Assembly (NCBI GenBank): GCA_902541175.1
Contig: CACBPP010000001.1
Coordinates: forward strand, 134,923 to 198,922
Direction of reading: 5' to 3'
DNA: 64,000 nt
Origin: an uncultured SAR86 cluster bacterium
GTDB lineage: Bacteria > Pseudomonadota > Gammaproteobacteria > Magnimaribacterales > D2472
Shown: piece after piece, positions 57,439 through 64,000 of the stretch
How the letters are laid out: every line of letters begins with the position of its first letter
How positions within the stretch are numbered: the first letter of the stretch is position 1
Translations under genes and position numbers: made by a program
The notes under the pieces: model-generated
What the model saw: only the letters and a program-made list of their open reading frames with translations
Database searches by the model: none
What the model was told of the DNA's origin: nothing

Positions 57439-57903
57439 CTATGGCAGTATTTCGACATTAATAATTTCTGAAAGAATTGGGTTATATTTTTGGTCTAACC
57501 TATTTCTATTGATGGGTTTATGTTCATAGTCACCTATCGCAAGTTGAAGAGAATATTTTCCAGGAGGAAGCGAGAGCTCTGCTTCTTTTTGACCACCACC
57601 AAAATGGAGAATATTTGCTCCATATGGTATCGGTTGATTTTCAAAACTTTCAACTTTATAGGCATTATTAATAATTAAATGATGATGTCCGCTAACTATA
57701 CAATTATCTTGTTTCTCAACAACTATACCTGCAGGACTAATATTTATATTTTTTGTTCCAAACTCTACCTTTAGTTTTTGATTCTCACTAACAAAACCGT
57801 CATGTGGACTTAAAAAGAAGAGCTCAATATCATCACAATTATCTGAGCTATCAAAAGAAAAAGCTAAAGGTGATACAAAAAGAAAATATAAGATATGTTT
57901 CAT
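57439..57903 (-). CDS. DUF4399 family exported protein
   Basis: Signal peptide, a GHHHLIIN motif and LHFGGGQ, characteristic of DUF4399. Confidence 0.65.
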   Translation of the reverse strand: MKHILYFLFVSPLAFSFDSSDNCDDIELFFLSPHDGFVSENQKLKVEFGTKNINISPAGIVVEKQDNCIVSGHHHLIINNAYKVESFENQPIPYGANILHFGGGQKEAELSLPPGKYSLQLAIGDYEHKPINRNRLDQKYNPILSEIINVEILP

Positions 57904-57905
57904 AA

Positions 57906-58739
57906 TTAATTTTTAGTTTTTGGTGGTCCTAATAAAAAATAGATTGCTTCGGTAAAGTTTGAGGCGTTTTTCATGTTGTTAAAAATATCTATCCATCCCA
58001 TAAAAGTTATTTTCGTTGGATTAAAAGTATTCACATTTCTTACTAAACCAAACTTTACTGGCTCGCCTTCCGGTTCAAATGTACCAAACATTCTATCCCA
58101 GATAATTAATAAATTTCCATAATTTTTATCTATATACTGGCTATTGGCTCCGTGATGAACCCTGTGATGAGATGGAGTATTAAAAATCCATTCAAGCGGG
58201 CCAAGCTTGCCAACAATTTGTGTGTGTCCAACAATTCCCCATAGTGTGCTGACTACACCTGCCACCGCAATTATGGTTGGATCGAAACCTACTAAAGGCA
58301 AAATCATAAAAAATGGTAATTTTGATATTGGGCCAAACCAAGCCTGTCTAAAAGATACAGCAAAGTTCATTTCTTCACTTGAGTGATGGCTCATATGAAT
58401 AGCCCATAAGAAATTTACTCTGTGGGAAATACGATGATAAAAATAAAATACTAAATCAATCATGACAAAAGTTAGAATCCATAAAGCCCAAACTGGCATC
58501 AGTGCTGATAAGTTAAATAACTTAAATTGGAACAAATAAAAATGTAGCGCTAATGTAATCCCCTTTAGAGCAAACACCATGAGAATATTTCCTGTTAAAA
58601 GTCCAATTGTGCAAAGGGTGTCATCTTTTTTATAAAGATTTTTGTTATAAATACTGGAGAAAAATACTTCAATAAGAATCATAGCCAGAACTATTGGAGC
58701 TCCAATTGCGTAAACTTGGTTTATTGTTAAATCTGTCAT
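57906..58739 (-). CDS. Fatty acid hydroxylase / sterol desaturase superfamily membrane di-iron oxygenase
   Basis: Histidine boxes HRISHR, HMSHHSS and HHRVHH. 4-5 TM segments. Confidence 0.8.
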   Translation of the reverse strand: MTDLTINQVYAIGAPIVLAMILIEVFFSSIYNKNLYKKDDTLCTIGLLTGNILMVFALKGITLALHFYLFQFKLFNLSALMPVWALWILTFVMIDLVFYFYHRISHRVNFLWAIHMSHHSSEEMNFAVSFRQAWFGPISKLPFFMILPLVGFDPTIIAVAGVVSTLWGIVGHTQIVGKLGPLEWIFNTPSHHRVHHGANSQYIDKNYGNLLIIWDRMFGTFEPEGEPVKFGLVRNVNTFNPTKITFMGWIDIFNNMKNASNFTEAIYFLLGPPKTKN

Positions 58740-58744
58740 ATTTA

Positions 58745-59101
58745 TTATTCTTCTGATTCCTCTAAAACTTTTTTAGGCAAATCAAAACTATTTCTCTTTA
58801 GTGTCCAGTCTTTTTTAACATTTTGTATGAGTAATTTACCATAAAGATGTGGAAATTTTCCTAATCTGCTGCCTGATTTAGCCTTTTCAAAAACTATTTC
58901 ATCTTTAATGGAATCTTGATCTATTTCTAACAAAATAACTTTCTTAGAGTTTTTAAAATATAAATGAAGTGTCAAGGCAAGCTGTTTTGATGTTGATAAA
59001 TGTATAAAGCCATCATCATTATCTAACTTGGTTACTACATAACCAAGGGAGACTGCATGTTCCCACTCTTCTTCCGTCAAAACTTTATAAATAGAGCTCA
59101 T
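58745..59101 (-). CDS. DUF952 family protein
   Basis: IYKVLTEEEW, GFIHLST..Q and FPHLYG motifs. Confidence 0.7.
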   Translation of the reverse strand: MSSIYKVLTEEEWEHAVSLGYVVTKLDNDDGFIHLSTSKQLALTLHLYFKNSKKVILLEIDQDSIKDEIVFEKAKSGSRLGKFPHLYGKLLIQNVKKDWTLKRNSFDLPKKVLEESEE

Positions 59102-59182
59102 TTAAAACAATATAATTTATAACCTTCGATGTCTTATTATGTCTATAATTAGAAGAGTTAATCAAATTTATTGGGGTCAAAA

Positions 59183-59605
59183 ATGTTCGATGTTTATCAC
59201 TCTTCGCTTTTAGGTATATGGTTGATGTTAGCAACCATGGTTATTCAATCAATTGTAGCAGTTAGAGTTCATCGAAGACAGAAAGGAGGATACAGTCCTG
59301 GAATAGTTAAGCCTGAACTGGGTCAATCGTCATTCGTATTTAGAAGCCATAGGACATTTCAAAATTCTCTTGAAAATATTGTTCCAATATTAGGTATGGC
59401 ATTTTTAGCAATGTTTTCAGGCTATGGTCCACTAAAGCTTTCAATAATAATATGGATATATGCTCTAGCAAGAATTGCTCATATGATTTTGTATTACAAA
59501 ATAGCAACTGAAAGAAATCCAAGTCCAAGAAGCATACCTTGGGCTATTGGATTTTTAGCTGGATTTTATTTTATGATTGACCTTGGAGTTTATCTTCTTT
59601 TATGA
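59183..59605 (+). CDS. MAPEG family membrane protein (microsomal glutathione S-transferase-like)
   Basis: RSHRTFQNSLENIVPIL and ARIAHMILYY motifs, 4 TM segments. ATG 59183 preferred over the track's TTG 59171. Confidence 0.65.
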   Translation: MFDVYHSSLLGIWLMLATMVIQSIVAVRVHRRQKGGYSPGIVKPELGQSSFVFRSHRTFQNSLENIVPILGMAFLAMFSGYGPLKLSIIIWIYALARIAHMILYYKIATERNPSPRSIPWAIGFLAGFYFMIDLGVYLLL

Positions 59606-60060
59606 ATAAAGAATCTAATTTTGAGTCTGGTAGATGTCAATGCGGAGACATTACTTATACTCTAGATAAGAATAAAGTTATATCTGCCCATCATTGTCAC
59701 TGCAAAGATTGCCAAAGAACCACAGGTTCTGGTAAAGCGACAATTTTGTTTATTGCAAAAAAATATGTTGATTTAAATGGCGAGCTTAAATTCTTTGAGA
59801 GCAAAGGCTCTTCTGGTTCTCATGTTAGAAGAGGCTTTTGTCCAAATTGTGGTTCAGGCATTTTAAGTTATTCAAAAGAAATCTCTCGAATTTTCTATGT
59901 GAAAGCAGGAACCCTAGATGATTCAAGCTGGGTAACAATTGATTCAAACTTTTTTACAAAATCTGCAAATAATTGGAATAAGCCTGATGAGTCAATAAAG
60001 TGTTTTGAGGGCAATCCAAGTATTATTAGTGGAATAAAAACTATTTTGAAGTCCTTTTAA
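59602..60060 (+). CDS. GFA (glutathione-dependent formaldehyde-activating / CENP-V) family protein
   Basis: Cys motifs CQCGD, CHCKDCQ and FCPNCGS. Confidence 0.8.
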   Translation: MNKESNFESGRCQCGDITYTLDKNKVISAHHCHCKDCQRTTGSGKATILFIAKKYVDLNGELKFFESKGSSGSHVRRGFCPNCGSGILSYSKEISRIFYVKAGTLDDSSWVTIDSNFFTKSANNWNKPDESIKCFEGNPSIISGIKTILKSF

Positions 60061-60445
60061 TTAAAAGCCCTGCACATAGCTTATTTCCAGTTGGGTCTCT
60101 TAAATAAGCCAAATACATTTTAAATTTTCCATAATCTCGAATGCCTGGCTCTTCCTCAATAGAGGTGCCTCCATTTTCTATTCCTGCTTTGTGCCACGCA
60201 TCACCTTGTTCAATAGTTTCAATATTAAATCCCACAGTTGCTCCATTTGAAACTGTTGCAGGCTGGCCGTCTATTGGCTCAGTAATACAAAAACTTGTTC
60301 CCTTTAAATTATAGAAATATCTTTTTTGTCCAGTGAGATTTGGATATAGTTTTCCTGGTCCTCCTCCGAGAACCTCAAATATTTTGTCATAAAAGATTCG
60401 TGACTCTTCAATATTGTTTGTGCCCACCATTACATGACTAAACAT
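60041..60445 (-). CDS. VOC (glyoxalase/bleomycin-resistance/dioxygenase) family protein
   Basis: MFSHVMVGTNNIEESRIFY N-terminus and C-terminal AYLRDPTGNKL. Confidence 0.75.
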   Translation of the reverse strand: MFSHVMVGTNNIEESRIFYDKIFEVLGGGPGKLYPNLTGQKRYFYNLKGTSFCITEPIDGQPATVSNGATVGFNIETIEQGDAWHKAGIENGGTSIEEEPGIRDYGKFKMYLAYLRDPTGNKLCAGLLIKRTSK

Positions 60446-60456
60446 ATTTTCTCCAG

Positions 60457-61365
60457 TTATATAAATAAATTAATTATTAAATATGAAAACACTGATGCGA
60501 TTATCCATAAACTTAATGCAAATAAAAAATTTTTCAAATTTATTTCTTTAATAGCTTCAAATGTTATTTGAGTTCCAATACAAAAAAGGGCTGATATTAA
60601 AAAAATCTTACTAATTGAATCTATGAAAAAAATTGTATCTTGATTGAGCTCAAGAATAGTCCCTGAGGCTATAGCAATAATAAATAATAAAATAAAAATA
60701 GGGAATTTAGGTTTTGATTTATCTTGATAAAAAATTCCTAAGATTATAATTAAAGGTATCAACCAAATAGTTCTGCTAAGTTTAAGTATTGTTGCTGTCT
60801 CAACTGCATCACCTCCAAAGGCTATTGCCGTGCCTATAACAGAACCTGTGTCGTGAACAGCCATTGAAGACCATGCTCCAAAGCTTTCGAAATTCATACC
60901 AGTTGCTGCTCCAATTAGAGGAAATATTCCAATTGCTATCGCGTTAAATATAAAAATTATAGTTAGCGCAGCGAATAAATCTTTTGGCTTTGCTTTAATT
61001 AGTGGTGAAATTGCTGCCATTGCGGTGGCGCCACATATAGCAGTTCCAGAGGCGATTAATATTCCTAAGCTTCTATCAACTTTAAATAGATTTGCCAGAA
61101 ACAAGCCAACAAAAAAAATTATTATTACAAAGGCAGATATATAAGGAAAATATTTAAAAGCTATTTCTGTAGCGCTTGATGCGGATATTGTGATACCAAT
61201 TAAAATTATTCCAACTTGCAAAAGATTTGTAGTAACTGATTTACTAATATAATCACTTGGAAATTTAAAAACGAGCACCAATAATGACCCCATTACTAAT
61301 GCTATTAAAGGAGATCCTATAAGGATTGAAAAAAAAGCAAGCAAGACACCTATTATGATTTTCAT
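60457..61365 (-). CDS. YeiH/UPF0324 family putative sulfate-exporter-type membrane protein
   Basis: About 10 TM segments with an ASGTAICGATAMAAISP motif. Confidence 0.6.
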   Translation of the reverse strand: MKIIIGVLLAFFSILIGSPLIALVMGSLLVLVFKFPSDYISKSVTTNLLQVGIILIGITISASSATEIAFKYFPYISAFVIIIFFVGLFLANLFKVDRSLGILIASGTAICGATAMAAISPLIKAKPKDLFAALTIIFIFNAIAIGIFPLIGAATGMNFESFGAWSSMAVHDTGSVIGTAIAFGGDAVETATILKLSRTIWLIPLIIILGIFYQDKSKPKFPIFILLFIIAIASGTILELNQDTIFFIDSISKIFLISALFCIGTQITFEAIKEINLKNFLFALSLWIIASVFSYLIINLFI

Positions 61366-62204
61366 TAAGTATGTTCTATTAACAAAGTTGGAACATTGTG
61401 AGTATGAGACTTAATGGTAGCCACTAAAGTATTTTCTTTCAGCCCCTCTTTTATTGGAGTAACATCAACGCCCTCACTTATAAGTCTATTATAAGCCTCC
61501 TCAATTGATTCAACTTCCCATGCTAATCCCCAAAGACTGTCTTGAGAATCATCTTCATTTTTTCTTTCGATAACTTCGATTGTAGTTTTATTAACCCTGA
61601 AGAAAAGCATTCTACTTTTCCAATGTTCGATGACTTTATCCAAAGCCAATCGAATATTAAAAACATCTTTATAAATATTTATAAACCCATTTGCATCATT
61701 TGTATTTATTACAAGATGGTCGAGTTTGTTAATTGTAGCTTTGGGATACTTGTTTAAGCTTGGTAATGCTCCTTCTGAATGCTCAATGATAAAAGAAAAA
61801 ATTCCTCTGGTAAGTTCCGGAGGTAAAAAAAGATTTTTCCATTTTCTTATTTTTTGAGTTTTATTATCAATGCCTTCACCCTCAGTTGGCTCTGTTACTA
61901 AATAACCGGATTTCTTTAATGTAGAACATGACTCTTTAATATTATTTGTTCCGAAAACTACCCCAATGAGCCCATCTCCCTGCTCTTCAATTGCGCCATT
62001 TACCAATGCAGCTCCAAGACCATCTCCATTCGCTGACAAAAGTTCACAATAGGTATTTTTAAAATTGAAAATTACATTAGCGGTTCCAAGTGCCTTATGT
62101 TCTCCTTTCCAGACAGGCTCCATTCCAAAGATTTTCCTGTAATTTTCCTCAGCGTCATTAATGTCTTTTACTGCGATTATTAAATGATCTATAGAAGATA
62201 TCAT
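61365..62204 (-). CDS. Two-domain VOC family protein
   Basis: Two glyoxalase-like halves, each beginning with a DHL(I/V)I... strand (SIDHLIIAVKD, LDHLVINTND). Confidence 0.65.
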   Translation of the reverse strand: MISSIDHLIIAVKDINDAEENYRKIFGMEPVWKGEHKALGTANVIFNFKNTYCELLSANGDGLGAALVNGAIEEQGDGLIGVVFGTNNIKESCSTLKKSGYLVTEPTEGEGIDNKTQKIRKWKNLFLPPELTRGIFSFIIEHSEGALPSLNKYPKATINKLDHLVINTNDANGFINIYKDVFNIRLALDKVIEHWKSRMLFFRVNKTTIEVIERKNEDDSQDSLWGLAWEVESIEEAYNRLISEGVDVTPIKEGLKENTLVATIKSHTHNVPTLLIEHT

Positions 62205-62208
62205 TGTG

Positions 62209-63084
62209 CTAGTCCTTAGATTTAAAAAGATTTCTCAAGAACGGGAGAATCCATATGATTTTTAGAAAACTTTTTGGAAATAGTCTGCTCATCAAATCAT
62301 AAAAATGTGCATCTATGCCAATCAATATCCTTTTATTTTTCTTTCTTATATTTTTAAGAATAACTTTTGCTGCATGTTTTGGTGAAGAAGGCGCATTTTG
62401 CTTAAATTGAATGCCTGCCTGCTCTTTTGTATCTGCATTTGCTCCAAATATTGCAGCGCCCGCATCATCCTTTTCAAAACTTTTAAATTTTGCTGAAGAG
62501 TAAATATTTGTTCCAATGTGGCCAGGAAAAACACAATAAGCTTCCACATTAGACTCAGCCATTTCTAGTTCAAGTGACAGAGATTCAGTAAAAGCCTTTA
62601 CTCCAAATTTTCCAACATTGTAAATCGACTGTTTTGGGACACTAAAAAGACCAAATATTGAGGATGTATTGATTATTGCAGCTTCAGGTCGCTTTTCTAA
62701 ATGAGGTAGAAAAACTGTTGTCATTTGAATTACAGAATTAAGCAAAATATCTAACCCCCAATTCCAATCATTCTCATCTACTTCATTGACTTTTCCCACT
62801 ATGGATAATCCTGCATTATTAAATACTAGGTCTATTTGTTTATGAAATTCGATAACCTCGTTAGGCAAAGCCTGTACTTTTTCTTTATCGCTAATATCAA
62901 AATTATGTGTTGATACAGCGATATTCTTTTTCCTTAAAAGCTGTTTGGTTTCTTCAAGAGATTCTTTATTCCAATCTACAAGTGCTAAATTACAACCCAT
63001 GTCTGCAAGCTCTATTGATAGGGCTCTGCCTATTCCAGAACCGGCTCCAGAAATTAATGCTACTTTTTGTGAAAAATCTTTCAA
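62209..63084 (-). CDS. Short-chain dehydrogenase/reductase (SDR)
   Basis: ISGAGSGIGRA, NNAG and YNVGKFG motifs. Confidence 0.85.
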   Translation of the reverse strand: MKDFSQKVALISGAGSGIGRALSIELADMGCNLALVDWNKESLEETKQLLRKKNIAVSTHNFDISDKEKVQALPNEVIEFHKQIDLVFNNAGLSIVGKVNEVDENDWNWGLDILLNSVIQMTTVFLPHLEKRPEAAIINTSSIFGLFSVPKQSIYNVGKFGVKAFTESLSLELEMAESNVEAYCVFPGHIGTNIYSSAKFKSFEKDDAGAAIFGANADTKEQAGIQFKQNAPSSPKHAAKVILKNIRKKNKRILIGIDAHFYDLMSRLFPKSFLKIIWILPFLRNLFKSKD

Positions 63085-63410
63085 TATATATCTGTTTTAT
63101 AAATATTAACTATGGTTACACCAATGACTATAAGAAATAATCCTCCAATTGTCTGCCAATTTAAAGTTTGTTTATAGAAAAAGTAGCTCAATATTGCTAT
63201 TGAAAATATCCCTACTCCTGACCATGAAGCATAAACGATTGAAAGTGGGAGTTTTTGAGAAACAATAGCCAAAAAGTAAAATGAAATAGCATATGAAAAT
63301 AATAAGATTGTAGTTGGTAAAATTTTTGTAAAATTTTGTGAAGCAGGCAAGAGCATGGTTCCAAAAACTTCAAACAAAATTGCAGAAAACAATAGTATAT
63401 AAACATTCAT
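63081..63410 (-). CDS. SMR family small multidrug/quaternary-ammonium efflux protein
   Basis: 109 aa with 4 TM segments and the conserved TM1 Glu (AILFEVFGT). Confidence 0.8.
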   Translation of the reverse strand: MNVYILLFSAILFEVFGTMLLPASQNFTKILPTTILLFSYAISFYFLAIVSQKLPLSIVYASWSGVGIFSIAILSYFFYKQTLNWQTIGGLFLIVIGVTIVNIYKTDIY

Positions 63411-63772
63411 ATATTTTTTATGCTCTCTTCAAAATTTATTCCATCAAAATAAATGACCTCTTTAATTTCTGGTGGGTCATCCACACATTTGAGGTTAATG
63501 CTATACATTTCAGGATGAGACCTCGGTTGATAAAAGGATTTGATTCCACATCTTTTGCAAAAAAAGTGTTTTGCTGATCCACTCTCAAACTTATATTCTA
63601 AAAGTAGATCTTCTCCAGCGATAAGTTCAAAAAGTTCATGCTTTACGAAAAGGTGCTGATAGTTAATCATGTCACAAATGGAACAATTGCAATTCCAAAT
63701 TTCGACTGATTGATCTGATTTAAATTTATATTTAACTCCTCCACAATGACAGCCTCCAGTATATTCTTTCAT
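63407..63772 (-). CDS. GFA (CENP-V) family protein
   Basis: Cys motifs GGCHCGG, CNCSIC and FCKRCG. Confidence 0.8.
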   Translation of the reverse strand: MKEYTGGCHCGGVKYKFKSDQSVEIWNCNCSICDMINYQHLFVKHELFELIAGEDLLLEYKFESGSAKHFFCKRCGIKSFYQPRSHPEMYSINLKCVDDPPEIKEVIYFDGINFEESIKNI

Positions 63773-63778
63773 AAATAT

Positions 63779-64000
63779 TTATAATAAATATCCTGTAGCT
63801 ACAAACATCCAGAAAGCCATCATTCCAATAGTTAAAAATAAAAATATTTGTGCTTGTTTAACCTTATTCATCTGATATAGAGATATACAAAAAATTGTTC
63901 CAATGAATCCTATTGTTAATGCTACGAACAAATGAGCTTGATAGGACATTAGATTAGATCCATCTTCTTGTTTTATTTTTGTATTTTTCAAATTCATCAC
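63779..64000 (-). CDS. Small 2-TM hypothetical membrane protein (start at or beyond the window edge)
   Basis: ORF is open to the last base of the window, with an ATG at 63997. Two hydrophobic segments. Confidence 0.4.
   Translation of the reverse strand: MMNLKNTKIKQEDGSNLMSYQAHLFVALTIGFIGTIFCISLYQMNKVKQAQIFLFLTIGMMAFWMFVATGYLL

Noticed and set aside
57314-57529. A 71-aa plus-strand ORF spanning the DUF4399 / beta-helix junction.
   Set aside because: It overlaps the 3' end of the DUF4399 gene and the region that reads as a signal peptide on the minus strand. The minus-strand interpretation explains the open frame better.
1-64000. Defence islands, prophage, integrative elements, CRISPR arrays, toxin-antitoxin pairs, tRNA/rRNA genes and large repeats.
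   Set aside because: I saw no integrase, transposase, recombinase, nuclease/ATPase defence-type genes or phage structural genes among the ORFs.

I noticed no direct-repeat arrays. The ORF-free gaps do not exceed about 160 nt, and I saw no tRNA-like sequence in them.

The paralogous GFA, VOC, SDR and crotonase genes are divergent proteins, not DNA repeats.

Overview
This is a visibly AT-rich, very compact bacterial chromosome segment. I call about 80 protein genes. By a rough hand tally only about 1-2 kb of the 64 kb lies outside ORFs.

I found no rRNA, tRNA, CRISPR array, IS element, integrase or phage structural gene, and no gap long enough to hide a typical structured RNA.

Gene content and synteny point to a streamlined marine gammaproteobacterium; SAR86-like is only a guess. 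The supporting blocks are rppH..lgt-thyA-folA, yggS-proC-yggT-metX-metW-rdgB (the Pseudomonas order), rpoH, and a Vibrio-type TonB2 cluster (DUF3450/TtpC-like/ExbB/ExbD/TonB/TPR).

Roughly 1-35 kb is housekeeping plus transport and phosphate scavenging. Roughly 35-64 kb is an accessory-looking run of oxidoreductases, hydrolases, DUF proteins and glutathione/electrophile-type detoxification genes.

Main candidates for something new:
1. A divergent gene pair encodes a collagen/plant-type prolyl 4-hydroxylase and a GT60 (Skp1 hydroxyproline GlcNAc-transferase-like) glycosyltransferase at 35.4-37.0 kb. This would imply a bacterial hydroxyproline O-glycosylation pathway.
2. A tightly coupled periplasmic operon at 53.7-57.9 kb is built around a parallel beta-helix protein and a diheme cytochrome c pair of unknown function.
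3. That beta-helix gene has no canonical start codon upstream of an in-frame signal peptide.
4. Two sub-60-aa ORFs missing from the ORF track are translationally coupled to their neighbours.
5. All eight convergent gene junctions overlap. Six of them share a 4-nt stop/stop overlap (TTAA, TTAG or CTAG).

All family assignments come from motif recognition by eye. No searches were run.
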